This document shows positions 31,506-41,967 of a stretch of 64,000 nt of DNA, in pieces; position 1 is the first letter of the stretch; each line of letters opens with the position of its first letter. The position numbers and the translations under genes were made by a program. Source of the DNA: an uncultured Gemmatimonadales bacterium. GTDB lineage: Bacteria; Gemmatimonadota; Gemmatimonadetes; Longimicrobiales; Gaopeijiaceae. Below the pieces are notes generated by a model. The model saw only the letters and a program-made list of their open reading frames with translations. It did not search any database and was not told the origin of the DNA. Where the stretch lies: NCBI GenBank assembly GCA_963809895.1, contig CAWELD010000010.1:1088001-1152000 (forward strand). The letters are read 5' to 3'.

Positions 31506-32504
31506 ATGTTCACGCCGGGTCACAGCTTCGGTATCGTGGCGCTCGACGGTCTCACGCTGGATGGCAGCGTGCCGCCGGAGCTGCATCTCGATCCATCGCG
31601 CTCCGCCATGCGCTCCTTTCCCGTGGAGCTCGATGAAGCGTGGCGGGCGCGCCTCGGCGACGTGCTGGCCGACAGGCTGGAGCGGGCTTCCCTGACCTTC
31701 GTGGCCACGGAGCCGGACATGGGGCCGGGGCGAGCCGCCGCGATCCGGGAGGCGGAGGCCCTCTTCCGGGTGCTTCAGCTGGTGGGCTTCGTGCGACTGG
31801 AATCGCACCCCGTGTGGGTGGGCGGCCGCACCGGCACCGAGGGACCCGTGCCGGAGGCCGTGGGCGAGCTGCGCCGACCGAGGGTGCCGCCGGGCAGCCC
31901 CACCCCGGCGTTGAGCTGGGTCGAGCTGGGATTCGCGCTCCGTCTGAGAGAGGGCCTGCGCGCGGCGGAGGAGCGGTCCCGCCACGGGCTCATGCATCGT
32001 TCGGTGGCGGCCTTCAGCTCCGGCACGCACCGGGCGCAGCCGGAGGAGCGGGTCCACGAGTTCGTGCGGGCCCTGGAGGCGTTGGTGGCGCCGGTGGGGA
32101 AGGGCGGATTCAGGAGAGCCTTCCGCCGCCGTCCCGAGCTCTTCTTCGGGACGGGGCACCGCCAGCTTCTGGAGCGTCTCTACCGGGTGAAGCGGAGCGC
32201 GGGCCACGCACGGGGTGTTCTCCGTCTCTACACGGGCCTCGGAGACCGCTTCGCGCGGCGCGTGGCGCTCTGGCACGACGCGGTGACGGCGGAGATTCTG
32301 GTCCGGGGCGTGCTGCAGCGCCTCCTTCTGTCTCCGGAGCTCTGGCCCCACTTCCGCGACGAGGACTCGCTCGAACGCTTCTGGTCCGAGGACACCACGC
32401 CCCAGGAGCGCGTGCGCCTGTGGGGCCGGCCCATTCCCGTCGAGGAGGCTCGCACGGCGTTCCGCGCCGAGGTCCTGCATCCCGAAGACCCGGACTTCCT
32501 GTAG
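31506..32504 (+). CDS. hypothetical protein with ApeA-like HEPN C-terminal pattern
   Basis: ...FVRALEALV...LYRVKRSAGHA (E..ALE plus LY..R-x3-H). Confidence 0.6.
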   Translation: MFTPGHSFGIVALDGLTLDGSVPPELHLDPSRSAMRSFPVELDEAWRARLGDVLADRLERASLTFVATEPDMGPGRAAAIREAEALFRVLQLVGFVRLESHPVWVGGRTGTEGPVPEAVGELRRPRVPPGSPTPALSWVELGFALRLREGLRAAEERSRHGLMHRSVAAFSSGTHRAQPEERVHEFVRALEALVAPVGKGGFRRAFRRRPELFFGTGHRQLLERLYRVKRSAGHARGVLRLYTGLGDRFARRVALWHDAVTAEILVRGVLQRLLLSPELWPHFRDEDSLERFWSEDTTPQERVRLWGRPIPVEEARTAFRAEVLHPEDPDFL

Positions 32505-32594
32505 CGGACTCGGGTGCCTGCAGCCCCTCGGGCCATTCCGCCGTCCCGGACGCGTGGCTACCATAGTGCGCCCCGTCCCTCCGCCCCACCGGCC

Positions 32595-34148
32595 ATGCAG
32601 CAGTCCTTCGACCTCGGCCCCGCACAGTCCGATCCCGGCGCGGTCCTCCGGGAGGTCTTCGGCTTCACGACCTTCCGGCCCGGACAGCGCGAGGTCATCG
32701 AGGCCGTGCTGGCGGGCCGCGACTGCATCGCCGTCATGCCCACCGGCGCCGGCAAGTCGCTCACCTACCAACTGCCGGCCCGGCTCCTGGAAGGCACCGT
32801 GCTGGTGCTGTCGCCGCTGATCAGCCTCATGAAGGATCAGGTGGACGCGCTGCTGCGGCTCGGCTTCCGCGCCGCGGAGATCAACTCCACCCTGGAGCCC
32901 GAAGAGCGAGCGGCCCGCCTGTCGGCGCTGCGCCGGGGCGAATACGAGCTGGTCTATCTGGCTCCCGAGGCCCTGGACGGGCGGCTGCGAGACTTCGTCC
33001 AGGGGTGCCCCGTCTCGCTGCTCGTGGTGGACGAAGCACACTGCATCTCGCAATGGGGGCATGACTTCCGGCCCTCGTACCGCCGGCTGCGAGGCCTGAA
33101 GGACGAGCTGGACGTACCGGTCCTGGCGCTCACCGCCACCGCCACCCGCCAGGTGGCCGTGGACATCCTGCGCCAGCTCGGGATGCGTCAGCCCGCCGGA
33201 TACAAAGGGTCGTTCTTCCGGCCCAATCTGCGCATCGGGGTTCGCAAGAAGGGCAGCGGCAACACCCGGCGCGAGATCCTGGCGCTGATCCGTGAGCACG
33301 AGGGCGAGAGCGGGATCGTCTATTGCCTGTCCCGGAAGGCCGTGGAGCAGACCGCGGCCTTCCTCCAGGACCGGGGCGTGCGGGCCAGGCCGTATCACGC
33401 CGGCCTGGACGACGGCGAACGGGCCCGCAATCAGGAGGCGTTCCAGAAGGACGACGTGGACGTCATCGTGGCCACCGTGGCCTTCGGGATGGGCATCGAC
33501 AAGTCCAACGTCCGCTTCGTGATCCACCGGGACATGCCCAAGGACGTGGAGTCCTGGTACCAGGAGATCGGCAGGGCCGGCCGCGACGGGCTCGAGAGCG
33601 ACTGCGTGCTCTTCTATTCGTGGGCCGACGTGAAGATGCACGAGCGCTTCCTGTCGGACATCGAAGACCCCGAGGTCTGGCGGGAGAAGCGTCAGGGAAC
33701 GGTCAACCTGTTCGAGCTGGTGGAGGCGGAGCGGTGCCGGCACCAGGCCATCGTCGCGCACTTCGGCGAGGCCATGGCACCCTGCGAGGCCTCCTGCGAC
33801 GTCTGCACCGGCGTGACCGTGGCCGAGCGCGCGGCCGCCGCCATGGTGGGCCAATCGGGAACGGGGCTCCGTCGCCGCCCTCGCAGGTCCGCCGCCTCGA
33901 CGCCGTCCAGCGCTCTGCCGGTCGGCGACGACGACGAGGCCGCCTTCCAGTCCCTGCGTGCGCTCCGCAAGGAGTTGGCCGACCGGGAGGGCGTGCCGGC
34001 CTACATCGTCTTCAGTGACAAGGTGCTCCGGGAGATGGTGGCCCTCCGGCCGTCGTCGCCGGGGCAACTCCTGGAGGTGTCCGGGGTGGGGCCCGCGAAG
34101 CTGGAGCGCTACGGCGCCGTCTTCCTCGAGGCGCTGGCGGGTCTCTGA
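32595..34148 (+). CDS. recQ: RecQ family DNA helicase (helicase, Zn and HRDC; no winged helix)
   Basis: [54 protein letters not shown]. Confidence 0.93.
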   Translation: MQQSFDLGPAQSDPGAVLREVFGFTTFRPGQREVIEAVLAGRDCIAVMPTGAGKSLTYQLPARLLEGTVLVLSPLISLMKDQVDALLRLGFRAAEINSTLEPEERAARLSALRRGEYELVYLAPEALDGRLRDFVQGCPVSLLVVDEAHCISQWGHDFRPSYRRLRGLKDELDVPVLALTATATRQVAVDILRQLGMRQPAGYKGSFFRPNLRIGVRKKGSGNTRREILALIREHEGESGIVYCLSRKAVEQTAAFLQDRGVRARPYHAGLDDGERARNQEAFQKDDVDVIVATVAFGMGIDKSNVRFVIHRDMPKDVESWYQEIGRAGRDGLESDCVLFYSWADVKMHERFLSDIEDPEVWREKRQGTVNLFELVEAERCRHQAIVAHFGEAMAPCEASCDVCTGVTVAERAAAAMVGQSGTGLRRRPRRSAASTPSSALPVGDDDEAAFQSLRALRKELADREGVPAYIVFSDKVLREMVALRPSSPGQLLEVSGVGPAKLERYGAVFLEALAGL

Positions 34149-34229
34149 CCTGAAGAATCAGCCTGGACGTTCCGTATCGGAGCGCGAATACTGTCTTCAG
34201 GATTGACCCACCTCGAACGGAGGACCGAC

Positions 34230-35069
34230 GTGTCCGGACGCATCGCCAACAGCTGGGCGCTGGTGAAGGCCAGCGCCGATGTCCTGCGCATGGACAAGGA
34301 GCTCCTGGTGTTTCCGCTCCTGTCCGGGGTCGCCACGATCCTGGTCGCCGCCAGCTTCTTCGTGCCTCTGGCGCTCACCGGGGGCTTGCAGGCGCTGGCG
34401 GACCGCGGCGACAGCACCTACCTGGCCTATGTCGTGGGATTCCTGTTCTACCTCGTCCAGTACACGGTGATCTTCTTCTTCAACTCGGCGCTGGTGGGCG
34501 CGGCCCTGATCCGGATGGAGGGCGGCGACCCCACGATCAGCGACGGGATGAGCATCGCCATGGACCGCCTGGGGGCGATCCTGGGCTATGCGGCGCTGTC
34601 GGCCACGGTGGGCATGATCCTGCGCTTCATCTCGGAGCGCTCGGGCTTCCTGGGCCGCATGGTGGTCGGACTCGTGGGCGTGGGGTGGACCCTGGCCACC
34701 TATCTGGCGGTTCCGGTCCTGGTGACGCGGAACATCGGTCCGGTGGACGCGGTCAAGGAGAGCGCAGCCCTCTTCAAGCGCACCTGGGGTGAGCAGGTGG
34801 TGGGGAATTTCGGCCTGGGCGCGGCGGTATTCCTCATGACCATCAGCTGGACGCTGGTGGCGGCGGCTCTGGTGGCCGGCTCGGCCGCGCTCTTCCCACC
34901 CCTCGTGGTGCCCGCCATCGGCACCGCCATCCTGGGTTACATCGCGCTGGGCCTGGTGTCGTCGGCGCTCAAGGGTGTCTACACGGCAGCCCTCTACCGC
35001 TACGCCAGCACCGGTGAGGCGGGCCTCTTCGACCAGCGCGTGCTGGGCGGTGCCTTCCGGCAGAAATAG
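34230..35069 (+). CDS. multi-TM membrane protein (DUF6159-like)
   Basis: SWALVKAS..VL..DKELLVFP, FFNSAL, KRTWGE, ALYRYA; GGAGG RBS. Confidence 0.75.
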   Translation: MSGRIANSWALVKASADVLRMDKELLVFPLLSGVATILVAASFFVPLALTGGLQALADRGDSTYLAYVVGFLFYLVQYTVIFFFNSALVGAALIRMEGGDPTISDGMSIAMDRLGAILGYAALSATVGMILRFISERSGFLGRMVVGLVGVGWTLATYLAVPVLVTRNIGPVDAVKESAALFKRTWGEQVVGNFGLGAAVFLMTISWTLVAAALVAGSAALFPPLVVPAIGTAILGYIALGLVSSALKGVYTAALYRYASTGEAGLFDQRVLGGAFRQK

Positions 35070-35150
35070 TCCACGGCTCAGCGCTCCCATTCCGCCGCGA
35101 TCTGTGTAGATTGCGGGCCCCCCTGCCGTTCTCCAGACCGCGGAGCGCAC

Positions 35151-35651
35151 ATGGCCAAGACGAACTCCTTCGACGTATCCACCGGCGTGGACCTCCAGGA
35201 GGTGGACAACGCCGTGAACCAGGCGCTCAAGGAGGTCGCCCAGCGCTACGACTTCCGGGGTACGGACTGCACCCTGGATTTCGACCGCAAGGAGGGCGTC
35301 GTGCGCCTGGAGGCCGACGACGACTACCGCCTCACGGCGCTGCTGCAGGTCCTGCGGGAGAAGCTGGTGCGCCGCGGGGTCCCCGTGAAGAACCTGGACG
35401 AGCGCGCACCCGAGGCGGCCTCGCTGGGCCGGGCCCGGCAGGTGGTGGGCCTCAAGCAGGGCATCGACCAGGACACCGCCAAGCGCATCGTGAAGTCGGT
35501 CAAGGACCAGGGATTCAAGAAGGTCCAGGTGGCGATCCAGGGCGAGGAGCTGCGCGTGTCCTCACCCTCTCGTGACGAGCTTCAGGCCGTGATCCAGTAC
35601 CTCAAGTCCCAGGACTTCGGGGTGGAGCTGCGGTTCGGCAACTACCGCTGA
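35151..35651 (+). CDS. yajQ: YajQ family c-di-GMP/nucleotide-binding protein
   Basis: SFDV...QEVDNAVNQA..E...RYDFRG, IQGEELRVS, F.NYR. Confidence 0.93.
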   Translation: MAKTNSFDVSTGVDLQEVDNAVNQALKEVAQRYDFRGTDCTLDFDRKEGVVRLEADDDYRLTALLQVLREKLVRRGVPVKNLDERAPEAASLGRARQVVGLKQGIDQDTAKRIVKSVKDQGFKKVQVAIQGEELRVSSPSRDELQAVIQYLKSQDFGVELRFGNYR

Positions 35652-35671
35652 CCGAGCCGGAGGACGAGCCG

Positions 35672-36019
35672 ATGGACGTGCAGGTTTTCGGCACGCGCTC
35701 CTGCAGCGACACGCGCAAGGCGCTGCGCTTCTTCAAGGAACGCCGCATCAACATCCACTTCGTCGACCTCAAGCAACGCGCGGCCTCCAGGGGTGAGCTC
35801 AGGCGGTTCGTGCAGAAGTTCGGAGTGGACGAGGTCCTGGACCGCGACTCGAAGCGCTTCGCGAATCTGGGCCTGCGCCAGGCGGCGTACGGGCCGGATC
35901 GCTGGCTCGAGATCATGGAATCCGAGCCCCTCGTGCTACGCACCCCTCTGGTCCGCTTCGGGAAGGATGTGACCGTGGGCCATCGGGAAGAGGTCTGGAA
36001 GGACTGGGTGGCCCGTTGA
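35672..36019 (+). CDS. ArsC/Spx/YffB family protein
   Basis: CSDTRKALRFFKER...LRTPLVR. Confidence 0.85.
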   Translation: MDVQVFGTRSCSDTRKALRFFKERRINIHFVDLKQRAASRGELRRFVQKFGVDEVLDRDSKRFANLGLRQAAYGPDRWLEIMESEPLVLRTPLVRFGKDVTVGHREEVWKDWVAR

Positions 36020-37950
36020 CGCTCCTCACCGTCTCCGGCCTGCGGTTGGAGCGGGGCGGACGTCCGATCCTGGACGGTCTCGGATTCTCGGTGGCCCGGG
36101 GGGACCGCTGGGGCATCGTCGGGCGCAACGGGACCGGGAAGACCTCGCTCTTTCGGGCGCTCACCGGTGACCTGGCCCCGGCCGCCGGGACCGTTCAGAC
36201 GGCCCCCGGGGTTCGCCTCGCGTTGCTGGATCAGGATCGCAGCCTGGACGGGGCCGATACCCTCTGGGACCTGGTAGCCGCACCCTTCGCGGAGCTCCTG
36301 GCCCTGGGCCGGCGGCTGGAAGTGCAGGCCGCGGCGCTGGCGCGGGATCCCTCCGACGAAGCGCTGGCCCGGTACGATCACGATCAGGAGCGCTTCCGAC
36401 GCGAGGGAGGATGGGAGGTCCAGACCCGCGTGGACCGGGTCCTGGAGGGACTGGGATTCGACCCGTCGGAGGCCCGGGAGCGTGATCCCACCACGCTCAG
36501 CGGCGGGGAGCGAGGCCGGGCCGGCCTGGCTCGGCAACTGGTGCTGCCGGCCGACGTCTATCTCATGGACGAGCCCACCAACCACCTGGATCTGGAGACC
36601 ACCCGCTGGCTGGAGGAGCACCTGAAGTCGTTGGAGGCGGCGGTGCTGGTGGTCAGCCACGACCGGGCCTTCCTGGACGATGTCGTCGATCACGTGCTCC
36701 ACCTGGAAGCCGGCGGCGGAGTCGCGTACGACGCCGGGTACCGGGCCTTCGTCGAATTGCGTGCGGCCGCCCGCGAAGCGCGGCGCCGCGCCTACGAGAA
36801 GCAGCAGTCCGAGATCGCCAGCGAGGAGGAGTACATCCGTCGCAACATCGCGGGCCAGAACACCCGTCAGGCACAGGGACGACGGACCCGCCTGGCTCGG
36901 CTCCCGCGCCTGAGCCCGCCCCCCACCGAAGAGGACGCCATGGCGCTCCAACTGAAGGCGGGCGAACGCGGGGGTGACCAGGTCCTGGTCGTGGACAGGG
37001 TCTCGGTGGAGGTCCATGGACGGGTGCTGGTCTCGGACTTCGGTGCCACCGTGCGGCGTGGCGAGGTGGTGGGCATGGTGGGCCCCAACGGCGCCGGCAA
37101 GACCACGTTGCTGCGAGCGCTGCTGGGTGAGCATGGGCTCGCCCACGGCGAGGTGAGACTGGGGGCGGGCATCACACCGGGCTACTTCCGCCAGGACCTC
37201 TCGCAGGTGGACCCGGCACGCTCGATGTTCGACATCGTCCACGATCGCCGGCCTTCCTGGGACCGGGGCCAGGTGCAGGGACATCTGGGACGCTTCGGCT
37301 TCCAGGACGAAGAAGTGCGCCGGCTCGCCGGCACGCTCTCCGGGGGCGAGCGAGCCCGGCTGGCCCTGGCGCTGCTGGTGCTCAGCCGGGCCAACCTCCT
37401 GGTGCTGGACGAGCCCACCAACCACCTGGACGTGCCCTCCATCGAGGCGCTGGAGGACGCGTTGGCGGGCTACGATGGGACCGTGCTGCTGGTGAGCCAC
37501 GACCGCGCGCTCCTGAGGACGCTCACCACCCGGGTGTGGGACCTGCGTGAGGGAACGGTCCAGGACTTTCCGGGCTCGTTCGAGGAGTGGGAGGTCCGTG
37601 AGGAGGAGGCGCGCCGGCTGCGGGAGTCCGTGGCCGCCGAGTCCAGGCGCCAGGAGCTGGCCGCCAAGGGGCCCAGCGAGGCCCAGCGGCACCGGGAGGC
37701 CCGCAAGGCACGTCAGTCGTCGCTGCGCACCGCTCGCCGCGCCGTGGAGGAGACCGAGGAGATGGTGCACGGCCTCGAGGCCAGGGTGGCGAAGCTGGAG
37801 GCCGAGCTGGCCCATCCCGAGCTCTACGATCGCGACGACGCCGCCGAGCGAGCCACCGAGCTGGCGTCCAACCTGGATCGGACCCGCAAGGAGCTGGAGG
37901 AGGCGATGGCGGCCTGGGAAAAGGCCGTCGGCGAGCTCGAGGGCTGCTAA
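36016..37950 (+). CDS. ABC-F family ATPase (ribosome-associated, Uup/YdiF-like)
   Basis: Two GxNGxGKT / LSGGE / DEPTNHLD cassettes, no TM, C-terminal coiled coil. Confidence 0.93.
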   Translation: MTLLTVSGLRLERGGRPILDGLGFSVARGDRWGIVGRNGTGKTSLFRALTGDLAPAAGTVQTAPGVRLALLDQDRSLDGADTLWDLVAAPFAELLALGRRLEVQAAALARDPSDEALARYDHDQERFRREGGWEVQTRVDRVLEGLGFDPSEARERDPTTLSGGERGRAGLARQLVLPADVYLMDEPTNHLDLETTRWLEEHLKSLEAAVLVVSHDRAFLDDVVDHVLHLEAGGGVAYDAGYRAFVELRAAAREARRRAYEKQQSEIASEEEYIRRNIAGQNTRQAQGRRTRLARLPRLSPPPTEEDAMALQLKAGERGGDQVLVVDRVSVEVHGRVLVSDFGATVRRGEVVGMVGPNGAGKTTLLRALLGEHGLAHGEVRLGAGITPGYFRQDLSQVDPARSMFDIVHDRRPSWDRGQVQGHLGRFGFQDEEVRRLAGTLSGGERARLALALLVLSRANLLVLDEPTNHLDVPSIEALEDALAGYDGTVLLVSHDRALLRTLTTRVWDLREGTVQDFPGSFEEWEVREEEARRLRESVAAESRRQELAAKGPSEAQRHREARKARQSSLRTARRAVEETEEMVHGLEARVAKLEAELAHPELYDRDDAAERATELASNLDRTRKELEEAMAAWEKAVGELEGC

Positions 37951-39678
37951 CCTCGCCCCAGCAGTTGCTTGAGCCGGTCCAGGAACGAGCGCGGCAGTGC
38001 TCGCCGCACCACGCCCCGGGCGGCGCCACGCCGGGCCATGCGGCGGATGCCCGGCGAGTCGCCCACCTGCACTTCCACGAGGGTCGGACCCGGACCGGTG
38101 AGCGGCTCGGTGACGGCGGCGTGGAAATCCCCCTCGAAGCGGCGGTACCGGACGCCCAGCGCGTCGGCCAGGCCCTCCATGTCGGGATTCAGGAGCTCCA
38201 CCGACGAGAGTCGGCCCCAATCGCGCATCTGCTGGAGCCGGATGAGGTTGAGGTGCCCGTCGTTGAAGACCACCACCACCACCGGGATCTCCTCGCGCAC
38301 GGCGGTGAGGAGCTCCATGGCCGACATGATGAGCCCACCGTCGCCGATCACGGCCACCACGGGCCGCTCGGGCGCGGCCAGCCCGGCCCCCAGCGCCGCT
38401 GGCAGCCCGAAGCCCATGGACTGGAAGTCCGTGGGCATGACGAGCCCCCGGGGAGCCAGCACGGGGAAGTGCCGGCGGGCCAGGTACTGGTGCAGGCCCG
38501 AATCCGTCACCAGGACGGCGTCGCGGGGCAGCGCCGCCCGTAATCCCCCGAAGAAGGCGGCAGCCGTACCGGGCTCGACACCGTGGACGCGGGGCTCGGG
38601 ATCGGCGGACGGTCCGGCCACCCGATCGCGCCAGCTGGCGATGTCGGCGGCGGTCCAGGCCGCCGTGGGCGCCGCCGAGCCCAGCGCCTCCAGGAGCGCC
38701 GGCACCAGATCCTCCACGCGGGCGTTCAGCAGCATGCGAGCCGGGTAGTTCGCGCCCAGCGCCTCGGGATCCGTGTCCACGTGGACGAGGTGTTCCTCGG
38801 GGAGCCGCAACCGGAATCCCCCGGAACCGTTGTGCCCCAGCTTGCATCCCAGGGCCAGGATGAGGTCCGCCCGCTCCAGCGTCTCGTTCAGCGCTGCGAG
38901 CCCGCCCCGCAGGTATTCGAACGCCAGTGACAGGGGATGATCTTCGGGGACCGTCCCTCGTCCGGAGGGCGTGGTCACCACCGGCGCACCCAAGCGCTCC
39001 GCCAGGCGGACGACATCGGCTGCGGCGCCGGCGGCACCCTGTCCGAGGAGGAGGATCGGTCGCTGGGCCCTCAAGGTCACCGTCGCCAGCTCGGGCAGGC
39101 GCCTGGTCCACGCGTCCGCGGCCCCGGCGACCCCCACCTCGGTGACCGGGCTCGAGGCTGTCTGCGCCGCACGGCCCGCCACGGCGCTCGGCGGCGAGAT
39201 GGAGGACCACGGGCCCCGGCTCGCCGCCCAGAGCGACCCTGTGGGCCTGGCGTACCGCCTCGGCCATCTCGTCCGGCTCGTCCACCCGCACCACGGCCTT
39301 CACCAACGGCTCCGCCATGGCCTCCTGGGGGATGGCCTGGTGCAGGAACCGCCGGGTGGCGCTGTGCGCGGGTTGGCCGACCAGGTGCAGCAACGGCACC
39401 GAGTCCAGCCGCGCCTCGGCGAGCCCCGGGAAGGCGTAGGTGAAGCCGGGCCCGGGGATGGTCACCAGCACGCCGACCCGTCCCGAGGCCCGGGCGTAGC
39501 CGTTGGCCATGAACGAGGCGCCGAGCTCGTGCGACGTGAGCACCGTCGTCAGGGAGCTGGCCCGGAGGGCTTCATAGAGCTCGACGTTCTGGGTCCCGGG
39601 AAGCCCGAACACGTGGCGCACGCCCAGCTCCTCCAGCGTGCGGCAGAGGATCTCGCCACCGCTCAGCTCGGCGCTCAC
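37947..39678 (-). CDS. thiamine-diphosphate enzyme, acetolactate-synthase-like; one extra base near 39193
   Basis: N-terminal FGLPG...HELGASFMANGYAR...GPG in one frame; GDGG...FND TPP motif and SMGFGLPAA in ORF 37947..39182. Confidence 0.85.
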
Positions 39679-40737
39679 CCGGAGTCTCCACGGTCGCAGG
39701 GTCCGGACTACGCGGCCCGCCGCACCCCGAGCGCGTCGCAGCAGCCGCGCCCGGGCCTGGGCCCGGCGCCAGCGCGCGCTGGGTGTCGACTGCAGCTCCA
39801 GGGACAGCGTCAGGTCGCCGCCGAGCTGGCTCTTGAAGCGGGTCACCGGATTCAGGCTCGCGTCGGTGAGGTCCACGCCCGCGTAGCCCCGCTCGGCCAG
39901 CGCCTCGAAGGAGCGCCAGCGCAGGAAGGGGTTCGTGCCCAGCGACGCGTGCTCCTCGTCGGCGGCCGCGGAGACGATGTGCGCCACCGGAACCGGTCCC
40001 AGCAGCACCAACTGGGTGGCCACCGCCCGCCCGTCCGGGAGCCGCGCGTGATAGAGGGTGGCGAGCTCCTGCCTCCGGGCCGATTCGACGAAGGAGCGAA
40101 AGGCCTCCCGTGGCAGGTAGGCGTCCCGATCCTTGCGGTCCATGGTGGTCTCGTGAAGGCGGTAGAAGCTCTCGAAGTCGTCGTCTTCCGTGACGGTGAG
40201 CCCCTCCTTCTCGGCCCGGCCCACCAACCGCCGCGCGTTCTGCTCCACGCGCTTCCACGCGGCTTCCATGTCGTCGAGCGGCACCACGTAGCTGTAGGTG
40301 GGAAACGCCGACCATCCCCGGGCGAGGAAGGCGCGCACGTCGGACAGCCCCGGAAGACACTTGAGAGCGACGCGGTCCAGTCCCGCCGTCTCCAGCCACT
40401 CCGCCATGGCCCACATGACCTTCAGATAGCGGGAGGTGCGCTCCGAGGGATAACGCGTGTCGTAGCGACGCAGGACGGGCCCGTTGTAGTAGAGGAGAAG
40501 ACGGGGCGAGGCCACGCGTCCGCCGGTCCGGTCCTCGTCGTAGAGGGCGAGGCCACCGGCGAGCTCCTCACCACGATAGACCCCCAGCACGCGGAACCGG
40601 CCGCCGGTGGCGGAGCAGAGGGCGTCCAGGTATCCGGGCAGGGCGTACGGACTGCCTTCCGGGCACTCGGCCACGAACGAGGCCCACAGGTCGTAGTCGC
40701 TCTCGGGAATCAGCGCCGTGGAGATCTCGGATGCCAT
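39675..40737 (-). CDS. GNAT/FemAB-like (Acetyltransf_6-type) protein; reads through into the TPP gene as written
   Basis: YDLWASFV...YNGP...RRLVGRAEKEGL...RFKSQLGG; probable true stop TGA at 39675-39677 overlapping the next GTG. Confidence 0.8.
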
Positions 40738-40750
40738 ACGGTGGGGCGGG

Positions 40751-41959
40751 TCAGTTGGAGGGTCGCCGTCCGGGCAGACGACGCACGAGGGAGGCGCTGA
40801 GGTTGTGCGCGGCTTCGCGTAGGGCCGGCATGGGGTCGTCCCAGGAGAAGATGGGCCTGTCCGAGCCGGTCCAGGAGCGCAGCAGCTCCAGCGGCCCCGC
40901 GCGCCGGGCCTTCATGGCGTCCAGGAGGGCATAGAAGTCGTAGCGTGGATAGGCCAGCCGACGCCCCACCGCGTAGTCCAGGGCCGGGGGCACGTCGTAC
41001 CCCAGCGCGTCCTGGTAGGCCATGCCGACCACGTCCACCCCGCAGCGGGCGGCGAACTCGACGTACCACCAGGGGCGGGCGTTCACTTCGAGCAGCCGGA
41101 AGGTGCCGTCGCGGGGGTCCAGCTTGAACTCGGCGCTGTAGACGCCTCGAAACCCGATGCCGCCCAGGAGGGACTCCACCGCGTCCACCGCGGGTCCGGC
41201 GTCTGCGGCCGGGATCGTCCGCATGTAGCTGCTGTTGCCGAAGTCGGTGGGGTACATGCGCAGGCGCTGCCGTACCAACCGGCCGCGCACCTGGCCCGCC
41301 ACGTCCATGAACCCGTCCACGAAGTAGTGATGCGTGGCGGGTCCCGGCACGTACTCCTGGATCACGACCTGGAGGCCATCCTCCGCCAGCTGCGGCACCA
41401 GCTGCCGCACCTCGTCGGGCCCCGACGCCCGCAGCGCCTTCACGCCCATCTTCCAGAAGAACTTCTGGGAATCGCGGGGCTTCACGAACATCTGCTCCAT
41501 GGGGAGCCGGTCCAGGTCCGCCAGATCCTCGGGGCCGTCCACCACCAGGGTGTGCGGATGGGGCGTACCGGTCTGCTGGAGCAGGCGGGCGAACTCGCCC
41601 TTGTCCACGAGCTGATCCTGCACCTCCGGTGGCGGCAGGCTGGCGGGAAAGCGGTCGCGGAGCGACGGCTCCAGACTCGCCAGCGTCCGCGCCCAGGCGT
41701 CGGACGAAGGGATGAGCACGGCCCGCTCCAGGGGGAGCGCCTGCAGGTAGGACGAGAGCTCCTCCACGTCGTTCCTGGGGAGGGGCTCGTCGGCCCGCTC
41801 GAACCAGCGTGAATACGGCACGACTCTCTGGTCTCGCGATACGACCCGGAGCGGGATGCCCCGGCGTCCCAGAAGGCGGATGACACCCAGCAGCGTGATC
41901 CCCCCTCCGAACACCAGGGCCGGCGGATCAGCGGCGCCCTCGGAGCGACGTGCGCTCAT
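40751..41959 (-). CDS. ATP-grasp carboxylate-amine ligase (D-aspartate-ligase-like)
   Basis: LVDKGEF, FVKP, IQEYVPG, RMYPTDFG, EFKLDPRDG...LEVNAR. Confidence 0.85.
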   Translation of the reverse strand: MSARRSEGAADPPALVFGGGITLLGVIRLLGRRGIPLRVVSRDQRVVPYSRWFERADEPLPRNDVEELSSYLQALPLERAVLIPSSDAWARTLASLEPSLRDRFPASLPPPEVQDQLVDKGEFARLLQQTGTPHPHTLVVDGPEDLADLDRLPMEQMFVKPRDSQKFFWKMGVKALRASGPDEVRQLVPQLAEDGLQVVIQEYVPGPATHHYFVDGFMDVAGQVRGRLVRQRLRMYPTDFGNSSYMRTIPAADAGPAVDAVESLLGGIGFRGVYSAEFKLDPRDGTFRLLEVNARPWWYVEFAARCGVDVVGMAYQDALGYDVPPALDYAVGRRLAYPRYDFYALLDAMKARRAGPLELLRSWTGSDRPIFSWDDPMPALREAAHNLSASLVRRLPGRRPSN

Positions 41960-41967
41960 GGGTTTCG

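Noticed and set aside
37947..39678. Call as ilvB, or as a true pseudogene
   Set aside because: No ilvN/ilvC context, and the frameshift fits the window-wide error pattern
35602..40737. 1711-aa ORF as a giant multidomain protein
   Set aside because: Only the GNAT and TPP N-terminal parts are real; the rest is off-frame read-through and antisense to the ABC-F gene
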